Below are positions 27,919 through 40,333 of a stretch of 64,000 nucleotides of DNA, in pieces. The notes under the pieces are model-generated. The model ran no database searches. It saw nothing but the letters and a program-made list of their open reading frames with translations, and was not told where the DNA came from. The position numbers and the translations under genes were made by a program. Source of the stretch: Albugo candida (lineage: Eukaryota); assembly GCA_040437565.1 (NCBI GenBank), contig JBDOQK010000002.1, positions 744,001-808,000 on the forward strand, read 5' to 3'. Position 1 is the first letter of the stretch; every line of letters starts with the position of its first letter.

Positions 27919-30156
27919 TCAAAAAAGCAGATTTTGCAGGCTTGTGACTGATACGTTCTCGGTCTTGAGGGGTTTCTCGTCGACGGAAGAGAGCTTGGAC
28001 ATTTCGATTCGCTCATCCGACTTGGAGTCAGGTGCTGGAGGTATGTAGATCCACACTCGGCGCTCTGCATCGTACATCAGGAGAGGTGGAGTTTCAACCA
28101 CAAGGAGGTCCAACGTCTCAACAACCGCCTGGAATCACCGCAATAGTGAGAAGAATTCTTTTGTAGAGATCAAACGTACGTAATTCAAATCCACATTTGA
28201 AATATTCAACCGCACAAATCTATCGACAAACGAGTAAGTCTCGCGAATGAAGAATGAGTCTGACGTACTGAGAATGACGGACGAAATTCATGATATCTGC
28301 TCTTGAGCCTGTGCCTTCAGGAAGCCGAGCAATTGCTTCATATACCTACATACGACAGTGTGAAACTTTCACTCGCACTTTTTCCGATTCATTTACTAGT
28401 CCCAAGAAGCTGACAACCAAAGGAGCACCAGGCACAAGCATTTTCCCATCAAAGAGTGCTCGTTTCGTCAAGCATGGACCTACTGTGTAGGTTGTGTCAG
28501 TGTGGCTGTGTTTGTATCTGATCAGAATGAGGTGAGATAAGGTATATCTTCATTCTATCCGATACAGACGAGAAAGATGCTCCGGGAGCTGAATGTCGTT
28601 CCAATTCTTGCCGATGAAAGTCTTTGAGATCCCAAATTACATGAGAATGACGAGGAATCTATGACAATGCCAGCTGAGGAAATAATACAAGATACTGAGA
28701 CTGTACCAAATCAAGTCGGAATATTGAGCTCGGCGGTGCTTCCATATCCTTCAGAGCCTGCGGGTAGCGTTCTTGCAACTTTCTTACTGCTATCGGACGA
28801 TGTAACTTGGAGATCTCTCTTCGCATCCTTTGTATCGCTGATCTATTAATCGATAGAGTCAAATCTCAACTGCTTGCTTGACAGCCTCACCTCTTTGATC
28901 CACACACCTCGAGATTTTCTGCCATAGGAATACGAAAATACTGCTCCAGGCTCATCAAACAGGAGTTTTCTTTCGAGTCTGACTGCTTGTGTGCCCATTC
29001 ATAAGTCTGCTTATCTTGATCGATTTGCACAAATTGCTGCGTCCAGATCATCGTTTCTGCCTGCTTTAGTTCTTGGACGTGACGAAGCGGATTTTGTAAG
29101 AAAGTAAGCGCTGACTTTATATATCGCCCAATATCCAAATACGAAAACAGATCTTGAAAACGCGATTTAGTGTCGCAGTTTGCATTGGGCGAGACATTTA
29201 CCTTCTTTCTTCGGAAGGGCACGAGCATACGACGTGGACAGTTTCTAAAAATTGAAATGAGATGATGTCCAGCGGTAGCACATTCATACTGAAAGAAGGT
29301 CTTCGTAGCTCATCTCGGTCGGTGATGCACTCAGAATGTCACGAATGGCAATGAATAATGAATTCTCTTCGGTGACCGGAGAAACGGGTGATTCTATCAG
29401 AATGCGCCTTCTTTTCCATGGAAATTGCTCCACATCATGATCACTCGACTGCATTTCAACGAAACGAGCAGCAGCAGGGTCTTGAGCCTTAATACGCTTA
29501 CATTGATGTAAGCAATAGTGTAAGAATCGCAATAGAGGTGAGTATACCTTAACTAACGCTTCAATAGGTTTTTTGAGTTTTTCAATCGATTTGATCTCAT
29601 TCTCAGCCCGTTCACAGCTTCTCTGTAGCAAGTGCTATGGAAACGTAAATACCATTTCTCATTCATTTGTGCAACGTACGGCTTTCGACTGTGTTCCTTT
29701 CGCAATTGATGCATTTAATTGCGAAATGGGATTCCCAAAATCAAAATTCTCTCCGCGAAAAAGCGCACGTAAATTCTCGGCTGTCGCTGCGTCTTCACTC
29801 AAAGTATTCCACCCGTTCAATTGCGGCAGAAATTGCTTCAAATGCGAACGTTCCGAGTCATTGAGCATGTCTATCCACGTGTTCTCAGGGAATAATCCTT
29901 CAATTGACGTTAGACGAGATAGGACGTTATCAAATGGTAGCTTTAAAGTGTGATAGTTTCCATTGTGGCGATACGAAATCTCAGTAAACGGATTTGTAGG
30001 CAAATTTTCAGTGAGAATTGGTTCGGACTTATGTGACTGCACGTTTTCTTCTAAAATGGGCAGGTGGCGGATCGGATAATACTTTTTCCAATGTATAGAG
30101 TTTGCGCTCGGTGTTGCGTCGCTGTCTTCCGAGTCGCTCGAGTCATGAGATCGCAT
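27919..30156 (-). CDS. NFRKB: NFRKB/INO80G-like protein (DEUBAD + winged-helix-like C-terminus), multi-exon
   Basis: DEUBAD-like TWIDMLNDSERSHLKQFLP...LFRGENFDFGNP. C-terminal YEAIARLPEGTGSRADI...LDLLVVETPPLLMYDAERRVWIY resembles NFRKB AARLPNGEGTRAEI...CVKYD..RKLWIY. Confidence 0.75.
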
Positions 30157-30287
30157 TCGAGGGAATTATCCAATCACATTACGCAGCGTACTATCCCTAT
30201 AATCACAAATATAATTTTTTTCTGACTTTCATACTATAATTTATACTTTGTCGGACTATCAGGTGATCTCTCATTAGCGCTAATGTA

Positions 30288-31709
30288 TTATACGTCGTAC
30301 TTGGCCATATGAGAGTATCTGCAATCTCTTGTACTATAGTCGAGCAATGCGTGACGTCATAGAGGATAGCTTATACGTATTGGGAGACGAAAGCCCCTGT
30401 TGCGAGCGCCTTCTCGATACGCATGTATAGAGAGCTCTTATTTGCTTGTAAATGGCCCAGCCGTGGGTGTATACCATCTGCTACACGAAACGACTGGAGT
30501 GTCAGGAAATTTGTAGCTGTTGGCACCATTCTTCCATCAGTGAGATACGTACCTGTAGACTGGAGTTGACAACGTACTCGAGGGTAATTGTCACATAGTG
30601 AGCGGTGTGGATTTTGCTGAAATGCTACCGTTTATTATGTGGCAAGAATGGCTGGAAGATGCTCGTGCCAATTGATGAGTATCGATCAGATAAGTATCTT
30701 CAGAAATGTTCAACACTATGTCGATTGGATTGCAAGGGGCAACGGAAAAGTGAATGAAGAGTTGAAAAACAGCGACATGAAATGCCATAAAGGTGGCAAA
30801 GAAAAAGATGAAGATTCTCGTGTGACAAAACGTCCCACTTCGCGATTGGTAAGTCTTACAGATACGGGTTCCTGATTTATAAGGCGTAAGATACCCGACT
30901 AGCTTTATCATGAGTTCGACCAGATGTATTTTCGAAAGGGTTTCGTATGAGGCTTGAGATTCCGAGAAGACCCACTTGATGCCTCTCCTTGGGAACGAAC
31001 ATTTTCTTTAGTTCCGCAACGTGAAACGTTGAGGAACCAATTTTTTTCGAACCGATTGCTGCTGTATCACTTGCGACAGCAAAATCGTGGAGCCGATTCC
31101 GACCAGATCGAAATTTTGAAGAACACGACAAACACTGTTGCAAATGGGACTCACAAGTACCAAGCTGATGTCGTTCTCAGAATCAGCTGATCGATACCCC
31201 GCACTGCTGTCAAGATCGACCCGAATGGCGCCCACTGTGTAGAGTCCAGTTTAGACTTTGGCCACCCACGTAACCTATTGAAACACATCCCTTAGAAAAC
31301 AGGATACGTAGTGATCACACATGCAACGTACAAACAACCCTCTCATTCGGCATATCGTCTGCTGCTACATCAATTCCGTTCGAGTGATCACGAGCAATGT
31401 TTGGGAACTTTGTTCATCTTTCCAACTGAACATAAAAGTGCTGCATTATCCACGCTGGAACTGCGGTCACCATACGCTACTTATCTACTAGCCAATAGGA
31501 TGCGTTATAGCCGCATGCCAAGAGCAAACCTCTAGTTGTTTCTAACGGAGCGAACACTCTGTCTTGTCAGTACGCGCATTTCAAAGATGAGCGATATTTC
31601 TTATGGGTTCCGATCCTAATGATGGCAGAGTCTGAAAGACGACTAGATTCCTTTCCACACGGATGAGGTAAAGTCGCTCATGAGACCAAGCCCATATAAA
31701 ACTAGCCAT
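30288..31709 (-). CDS. Possible unidentified multi-exon gene (membrane protein?); structure not resolved
   Basis: Minus-strand splice-like signals (ACAG/gtacgt...tgtag, AATAC/gtataag...ctatag) join an open frame HFSKIHTAHYVTITLEYVVNSSLQ/QMVYTHGWAIYKQIRALY...KYDV*. A hydrophobic stretch TRIFIFFFATFMAFHVAVFQLFIHF lies upstream. The 5' exons are not established. Confidence 0.3.
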
Positions 31710-31807
31710 GGACCGCTTGTATTTGGCCCGCGCCAAAGATATAGTGTAAGTTCGGCTAGTGACCCACTCATTTAGCTTAAGTTCTTTCACATAAAAAGAA
31801 AATCGCA

Positions 31808-32292
31808 ATGTTAAGCATCGTACGTAAATCTGTCAAGGGGGCTCAACGTAACGGCCTGTGGGCGCGTCAAAACCGGTCAATGAGTGGAGGACATGGTGGT
31901 CCTCCACCGACAGGATTCGAAGCAAAAGTTCGAGCGTATCTCCCAGAAGATCATCAGGTTTACTCACGTTTGCATTCAATTTACTTTCAGGGTCGGTAGC
32001 ATTATGTTGCTTGTATGTTGTTAGATTGTGCTCGCGACACTGGGAATCTATGCGACCATATTTGCTCTATTCAAATTGAAACCATCCAAGAAGAAGGAAG
32101 AGCCCATTCACGGTAAGCAGACTACCCTATCATTCTTTGGATTACGCCATCAACGTGCCACATATCATTGTAGCTGCTTCAGCCTCCACTTCAACTGAAA
32201 TTGTATCATTGTTTGACGAAGCATTTGATAAATGGTCGGAGATCCCAGGAAATCTCGAGCGCTGGGAAAAGAGTCTCGACTCGATTGCATGA
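31808..32292 (+). CDS. Small mitochondrial single-pass membrane protein, ATP synthase subunit k/DAPIT-like
   Basis: Exons 31808-31957, 32025-32112 and 32174-32292 give a presequence MLSIVRKSVKGAQRNGLWARQNRSMS, then GGHGGPPPTGFEAKVRAYLPEDHQ/IVLATLGIYATIFALFKLKPSKKKEEPIH/AASASTSTEIVSLFDEAFDKWSEIPGNLERWEKSLDSIA*. The gene model is solid; the family call is tentative. Confidence 0.7.
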
Positions 32293-35200
32293 ACGCAAAA
32301 TAAGGAGAAACTATAGCGTGTTGATAATCGAAAAGAAGATTTGATTTTATCGTTCCGCGCACATGAACCATGTGTCAACGAGTTGGACTGGAGCTTTGAA
32401 GGTGATTACACATGCCACATGCCACTTGCTACTGATTGCATTCGTGTTGGAGCCTTCGAGTGTGAAAATGAAACACTTAAAACAGGCAAATTTTTTTGAG
32501 TGTACTCTGCACAAGGTAAGGTTACGACTTGGACTTTATTCGTCATCGGAAATGAGCTCGAGACTATTCAGGAATTGTAATGCAGCGATTCACGCTCACC
32601 ATCGACAAGATCGGAACGTTAGAGAGACAACTCAGACATGAATACTGTCTATTCGCTCATCTTCTTTATACAGCCAGATTTTACGCAAGTCCTCATGATC
32701 GGCATGCATGACCAAGATGTAGACTATTTGCGTTGTCTTTGGTGGGGTTCCGTGAGCGTATCGTATCTGAATTACAGCGCTTATAATCGCGTATTTCGAG
32801 TGTGAAGAATTGTTTTATAGCACACCGCGACAAAAATGTTGTGTTACATATTTGCTTCAGTAAAACTCATTCTCTGCAAATTCTGTTCGCTTTTACGGGT
32901 GCAGTAAAAGTAGCGTTTACTTCAGTTCGCGACTTATTGAGCCATAGCGATCCTTTGGAAGACCAAGGTGGAACGCTGTGAATTTGGGATCATTTGATTC
33001 TATGTCGAATTCTGAATTACAACCAAAATGTCAATTTCCGACTTTTGGTTTATAAATCACACGTAAGTTTTCCCGGTTGATACCAGTAGCACTTCTTCCA
33101 AAAAGCATAGCATGCTAAGCATTCTGGACTTTTGTATGTAATAAGCATGATAATGTCGAGTCTACCAGAAGAGGTCGAATGGCTATCGGTATACGACATA
33201 CTGTGTGAAGAGCCAATTTCACTCTCACGAGGACTTCTCTCGAACTTTCTAGCTCCCTCTGTTTCGGAGTAGCCTTCGCCTTATCATAGCTTTCTCTCTA
33301 AATTTCAATGCTTGCTCTGTGAATTGCTGACGCTGATAGTCACACATTTCGTCAGGTTCATCGCAGCTTCGGTCGCTGGCAAAGTTGATACAGTGCTTGA
33401 GATAGCTACCCGCCGACCTCTGCAGAGTCAGCACACACCAGCTTGACAGAGTGAAGATATGCCGCTGTTCGAATCCTCTTTGCACTAACAGTGGACCGTG
33501 CCCAGCGACTGACGGAGATGCATGCTATGTTGTCATTGATTTAGCCTTACGTTCAAGCAAGTATAAATTTGCTGACAGATTTGTTGAGCTTGTTCCAAGG
33601 CATGATTCACATCGAGACTTCTTTGATTAGTAAGCCATAGCATACATCGAAGAGGTAGCCAAGATATCCAGTAGAATTTTGGGATCGAATCTAGCCTGTG
33701 AGTAGAGATAGATGATGATGGTGATTCAAATTCAGTATTGTTGATTTTGTAATACTCATAGCGATGACTCTATATAATTCAAACACTATTCCACACATAC
33801 ATGTAATAGCTCTCCTTCCGATATTTTATCCTTCATAGACATATGCGCGGTTACTGAAGTCATCGCGCCAAATTCATCCAGCACGTTTTACCCCTCTTAC
33901 GGGGGGGGCCAAGCATCTCATTATTGTCATAAATTAGATTTGGTATGAATTAAACTCAGACACACATCACCATGTCGGCATAATCGCTGCTTTTTTGCCT
34001 AAAAATTAATATGCTCATTTATTTAAAACTTTACCCTGTGGACTTGATTGCTGATGTCTTGTACATTTCTCATTGTGAGTTTTGTAACAGAGATACTCGC
34101 GGTACCCAGAGTGCTCATCATCGGCCAGAAATTCGAAGCGTGCTGTAATTGTGAATTATAAATGACCTTCATCTGATGGCATAAAGCCCTTTGATGATCC
34201 TTCCAAAGAAAAGACGAGGTTCACTACTCATTATTGGAAGATTCAAAGAATGAGACATGCCTTCTAGACTTGATGAAAAATCCTGGTACCTGAACTAGCA
34301 CCGGCACGAACGATACACACAGGTATACCTTCCACCACGAACTCTGCTGAAGGGACTTCTAAGAAGATGCATAGGTTAGGTTTTTAATCGCGCTTGGTAC
34401 TCAGGCAAAACGAACGACTCGTTAGGAAATCAAAGTCCCGAAATTATCATGACGAAGAAATCTCTTACAATAGTTTCCTTGGATGAGCTTAGTCCGTGGA
34501 CGCAATAATCGATTAATGAATTCGACTATGCTATCCAAACCGCTTCATTGTCTCACGCAGATTTTGCAGTCTGCTGCTACTAATGGCGAATTTGCAGAGC
34601 TTTTAGATCATTTCAGACAAGATGAAATATCCTAACAGCTCTGCAAGTTTACCATTTTTCTATAATACTATTTCGAGATCTAATGATCAGTAACTCGATG
34701 CTCCACGTAGGAGGTGTTTTGTCAATCATACTGCCGGTGTTGTTACTCCGAGCTCACGTCGTCGAAGTAGATGCGAGAAGGGCGATCTGGCATCAGCAGT
34801 AATCTGTACAGGTATATATGATTACGATCCTGATCACACAAAAATTCTGTCAGATGTTGGGACTTCATGGGGTGAAATCGAGTATTAGCACTTTTAACAG
34901 CGCAGTGGAAGGACCTCTAGCTTTCATTTGCCCTGACGGTTTCTTTGTTTATTCAATGGATTCTCATATATCTTGAGTGGGTTATTTTCATTGAGCGCTG
35001 TCTTATGCAATCATGGGTAGCTTGTATAGACTTCCTGCAATACGGAGACGATGAATAGATGTTCTGACGAGTCGTAAGTCTTTGTGAATGTTGGGAAGCA
35101 GGGGAACATTTGACCTTCTAAAAAAGAAGTATCTCAACCGAATTGATGTATCCGAGTCTGTTTAAGTGTGATAGGATAGGCTGAGGGTGGTAGAGGATGT

Positions 35201-35652
35201 AAAGAAATAGCTCTCACCTAGGAAGAGCAAGGCGAAGCCAGAGTGGTTACCTCGTGCATCGCTTGTATAAATCTGCATTGCTGATGTAATAGAGATATTA
35301 GCTTGCAAGTACTGGGCGAAGATGACGGTGCTGATGAGAGTGAATGCTACCGATGTCTCTCTCTGAACGTGCTATAGCAAGATAGGTAGCACAGGAATTT
35401 GTAGCTTAAATTGTACGCGTTCTGGAAGAAGATATGGGTAGATCCAATGTCTACTCAATTCCTTTCGAAGCGACTATAACGTGAACGTTACGCATATGCA
35501 AACTTTGCGAATCATCGAGCAGTGATCTTTTTCCGCAAAAACCCGCGCCAGGGATTAGCAGCTGCACTCGTTGCCCGAAAAGTTGTCGTTTCTTCCGTTT
35601 TGGCGACGCTGATATTTAATACAATACATGCTATGCTACAGCCAAAATATAT

Positions 35653-35770
35653 TCAAAGCGAGAAAGAATCGTAATGAATGAAGTCTACTTCATCGAAAAA
35701 TACAATCGACGTAAGTTCTTGCATTGAAAGATGGGAGAGATCTCGAAGTACCGCTTTCCAGGTAACCGAA
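35653..35770 (-). pseudogene. Possible AAA-ATPase relic (Walker B segment only)
   Basis: KAVLRDLSHLSMQELTSIVFFDEVDFI resembles the AAA consensus EK.VR.LF..A....PSIIFFDEIDSI. No Walker A was found nearby. Confidence 0.3.
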
Positions 35771-38109
35771 AATAAAAGCAGAGATAGGCATCCGGGCATC
35801 TTCCTGAGATGTGCCATGATGACTAAAGAAAAACGAGTAATGCGGAGGTGGATTTGAATTGACGTGTCTCTGAGAACTGCTTTAATCATTTGGACTTCAA
35901 CTTGGTTTACAATGAAATTCAGTACGCGAACCGATTGGTGGTAGTGCTGTATGCTGCAGCACTACCCTCCAGCATTGGCTTCAACCTCCTGCGACCTCCG
36001 GAACGTCATGCTCGTCAGAATAGGTTTGCCGCAAATGACTACCTTCAGTACAAACTCGCTTAGTCCACCGTAACCTTTCCTCTTCAGCCTAGCGTGATAT
36101 AATAGCTGCGCTCACACCCGCAGGGCTTCGCTACATGTCCCCTTAGTAAGAAATGCACAGCGTTACAGTTTTACACACAACAATCTAGTCGTGATGTTTC
36201 GACAAGTCGGGATGAAAACACATGTCCCACTCTGTTTCACAGCCCCACCTCCAGATACAACAGCGATTAGCCTGCTACATTTCCCTTATACTCTGGTGCA
36301 CCGTATCTTCCCCTGCAAACACGATCGCAAGACTAACCGCTCCATCCATCAGCCGTAAAGATACCTGAAAGCGTCACCCTGCTCAGCACACCTATACACA
36401 ACTACCCTCGCTCGTCGGCACCTAGTCATCGCCCCCTAAGCTCACCCATCAGGAGAAATTCCCAATTTTTATACTTTGACAGCAAGCTTTCCGTCAACGC
36501 CTTACCATCCACAAATCGAAGCCTCTGAGCAGAGATTGTCGTTACTTTCCCTATCTAGTAAAACTGCAAGTGAAGACGCGCAAATGACAGTATTTATATC
36601 ACTTTCAACCACCTCGCTCTGTTTGTTTGATGCGGAGTGTGCATTCCTGTGAGATTGCTTTGGTCTGTGAAAAAAAATGTGAGGAAAAGTGCCTGACGTG
36701 ATAGATTAATCGAAAACAATTCTCATAGGTGTGGTTCTGTCCGTCTACAGAGCGCCTGATTTTTTACAGCTGCGGATGACGTCGCAGGATCATTCAGTTC
36801 AGTGAGGTTGTGAGCGAGGTAGGTCTGACTAAAAGCATGTGTGTGGCGGGGAATTCGATGAGTGGAGTGGCAGGTGGGCAAGTTCCGTCTTACCAATTGG
36901 CGCGCGCTTTGCGGAGGTGACAAATAACAGCGGGGGCGCTTGGGTCGGATAATTTTTGATGTGCTAATTTGCTGGCTGGCTACTTCAGCTTACTCGCCGA
37001 CTGCTATCTATTCCTGTTAGACTTTGATACGTAGAACAAGAAAGTTTCAGCTAACTATATGTTATACTGCAAAAAATGATGTGACGTGCGAATATTATTT
37101 GGTAACTTCTCTTTATTCACTTCCTGATTTGTTGCACTCAATACATTGGACAAGAGTAGCACTGGAAAACGCCCTCTTCCCGTTTTATTCAGCTAGTGGT
37201 CTAATCTAGTGCGAAAAGTAAAGCGAAATACTTCTTGTAGTGCAATTTTGAACGGTGAAAAGAATCTGAAATGAAGTTCATCAAAAGCATGCATCAAACA
37301 CATACAAACTTTCTCGGAGCCTTGCTCCGAAGCATTGGTCACATTAGTTTGACCAATAGAGTTTGTTACCACGTGTGCGGTAGAAAATGGTCATTGTTCC
37401 GACATCATTCGACGTGTGTCAAGATTCATACGGCTGATCAACATTCATTAATGCCTAGGAGCTGGAATCTATCGTCTCGTTTTTTTTGCCATGCATATCT
37501 GCTGTCAGCAATGAATGTCAAGAATGAGTTAGACACTGATTTGTATTAAGCCTTTGAAACATTAGAATTGAGAGAGGATTCCATTATTGACGCAAATTAC
37601 GTGACTGATAGTCTTGTCTGGGGAAGTTTCGGCTTCACAAATCTATTTCCATTTTGAATTCTAAATCAATCCAACCTCCGACTGATCAACAAAAATTTTA
37701 CAAGAAAAAAATTAGTGTTTCTATACAATTATAATTGCTACAACTGCTTTAGATTCAGAGAGAAGCGATCCGATCTTTGCGCAAGGTTGGAACATCGCCT
37801 TGATAGGATCTTTCTTAATGAGGTATCGGTGGCTTCATATGGAGGCAATATCATGCGAAAAGTTTTGATACATGTACATTTACTAGCGAGAGAACAGGTG
37901 ACGTAAGCTCACACTTGTCTAAAAGGGACGATTTTCTCATTCGTGTCGGAGGGGTGAAGGTATGGTTGCGAACATGGATAGCAAGGTCTTCAGTGAATCA
38001 CAGTCTATACAATGAAGGCTGATGAAAATCATACCGAATGCTTTACGGCTTCACATCCGTATCAGTACGATATTCGCCCGAGGTTCTTGATTATCAAACC
38101 ACACAAAAA

Positions 38110-38430
38110 GCATTCTGAAATCGTGTCATGAGTACTACCTGACTTGAAGTTGATCAAATCTTTTTGCTGTAAATGAGGTGCCGCCGCATCGAACCACAAA
38201 GATCTTTATATAATCTCGAATCGACTACAAAGCTAGGCTGAAGACACAAGATTTCTCGAGTCTTTTTAGCAAGATATACCAATCCGATTAAGCATAATGT
38301 TTCCTAAAATACTTCGTGTCATTGAAGTTTGGTGGCATTACTTTAGTGATCTGTCGTAGAGCTGCTTTATTTGGTCAGGCTCCGTAGTCTCAAAGATACG
38401 ATCATATCATCGACACTCGGAATACTGAAG
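38110..38430 (-). mobile_element. Highly degenerate Ty1/copia reverse-transcriptase relic
   Basis: Across frameshifts, motifs occur in copia order: VDDMIV, TKYF-LG, YILLKRL, VDSRLYKDLCGSM, MTRFQN. Confidence 0.45.
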
Positions 38431-38786
38431 AATTTGCGTCATAGCAATCTCAATGAGAGGAAGGTTCCCCCGACGATTTTAGAGTATAAATACATTGGAT
38501 ATTTCGCTAGTTTGTAAACCTATTCAAGCGGCTGGGTTTTTTGATTCGCTTCTGGACGGGAACACCGTGGCAAATCTGAATTGCAGATATCGCACGACAT
38601 CATCAGCTTTATCAGTATGGCTACCTTACCCCAAACCAGTAATTTTCTAGACACAGAAGATAGGTTTTTCTGAAAATATCGCTAGCTGTATATTGTGTAA
38701 TCCTTGATTTTCTCATCACCCTAACTAGCCCTTTGTTGTTACGCAAGAACGATCTTAGTTATCTGACTTTCACTGGAAACGAAAAG

Positions 38787-39005
38787 TCATGCGATGCTGA
38801 AACATACAACTTCTGGAGCGATGTAATCAAGCCTGCCAACAACCGAGTATTCTTGCCAGTTAGCCGTCTCGAAATGTGTCTCAGTATCTAAGAATGGATA
38901 CTCGCATTGGCTCGTACGTCTTCGATGAAGTGGTCGCCTCTTTTCGCTTTCCCCACTCGCTCCAGGACTGATAGAATCTCGTCTGTAGTCTACCTCATCG
39001 CTCAT
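38787..39005 (-). pseudogene. AGC-family (NDR/Greatwall-like) protein kinase fragment
   Basis: YSVVGRLDYIAPEV resembles the activation segment (AYSTVGTPDYIAPEV). No intact HRD/DFG upstream or DWWS downstream was found. Confidence 0.45.
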
Positions 39006-39497
39006 ATTCTTACAGATAGAGAACGGGGCCGAACGTTACGCCTGCATCCAAATTTATGCGAGAACGCATAATACCCTTTTTAGGTTTTAGTTTCGTCGGC
39101 CGACATCAAATAATGTACGGAGTCTTCCTGTGGAGTAATTGAGTCAAATCAGCATCTTGTCTTCGAATGCGAACACATGGCACCGTCGTTGCTGGAGCTA
39201 CCTCCGGCTTGGAATCAGATTTTATTCTCCCGCACTCGTGGACGAATATTGCAGGTCTTGGTGTGCCGACGATACGGACGGAATGAAAGGTATATCGACA
39301 AATGCTGTTCGACTTATGGCTTGCAATGCAGTAAATACGCTGTATTTTGTCTGGAGCGATCAAAATAGTCGATTGTTTGAGCAGCGTCTGCCATCTCGGA
39401 CAATCCCAGCACTTTTCGGGATGAACACCCACCCCGTCCAGCACACACGTTTATATTTTGGAAAAAAGTGTAACGACTAAGCAATTTGATTCGCCTG

Positions 39498-40053
39498 GCA
39501 GAGCAACTAATATTCGGTATTGTTTTCGCACTCAAAGTTCATTGCTGTGACTGCGAGTGGAAATGCGACTCAGGATCAAGTCTTATTCGCATTGCTACGT
39601 TCATATGTACGAAGGACATCACAAGGTGAGCAGTTTGGTAATTTTGGTGATGTGAGGCAACCGCACAAGTGGACTGTCGACAACGACACATTCTGAACTC
39701 GCAGGCACTTCCATCCAACTTTTTGNNNNNNNNNNNNNNNNNNNNNNNNNNNNNNNNNNNNNNNNNNNNNNNNNNNNNNNNNNNNNNNNNNNNNNNNNNN
39801 NNNNNNNNNNNNNNNNNNNNNNNNNGCAGAGCAACTAATATTCGGTATTGTTTTCGCACTCAAAGTTCATTGCTGTGACTGCGAGTGGAAATGCGACTCA
39901 GGATCAAGTCTTATTCGCATTGCTACGTTCATATGTACGAAGGACATCACAAGGTGAGCAGTTTGGTAATTTTGGTGATGTGAGGCAACCGCACAAGTGG
40001 ACTGTCGACAACGACACATTCTGAACTCGCAGGCACTTCCATCCAACTTTTTG
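39498..40053. repeat. 228-bp duplication (39498-39725 = 39826-40053) around N gap; likely assembly artefact
   Basis: The same sequence lies on both sides of the 100-N gap. Confidence 0.93.
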
Positions 40054-40333
40054 AATTTACATATTTATTGTCTCAATAGTCTAGACATTTGGAGCATTCA
40101 CCTAGTCTAATCTAGTAATGTAGACATCTTCGACTGACCTTCGCCATGACTACCACAGCACGTCTGTACGAGCCTAAGTATCTAGCACTGTTTTGTGTGA
40201 ACAGAGTTTACTTACTAGACTAGCAATATGCTTCATATTTCATCCAACTAGTGCAAGTAGATTACGAATTTTACGAATTACTACGAATCAGTATTGTCCG
40301 ATCATTTTTTTATCCAATCCGACTTTGTCTCAA

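Noticed and set aside
30347-30430. Plus-strand peptide MRDVIEDSLYVLGDESPCCERLLDT resembling the TAF13/Spt3 histone-fold start
   Set aside because: Could not be extended by splicing into a histone fold, and splice signals favour the opposite strand.
33150-33240. EVEWL...LCEEPI, faintly like copia RNase H
   Set aside because: Too short to distinguish from chance.
35940-35966. Perfect 10-bp hairpin GGTAGTGCTG-N7-CAGCACTACC
   Set aside because: Roughly one such stem is expected by chance in 64 kb, and no tRNA, Helitron or other context supports it.
39090-39700. Possible second copia RT relic on the plus strand (SYLRLGIRF, RYIDKCCSTYGL)
   Set aside because: Motifs are weak, spread over several frames, and lack a clear YVDD.
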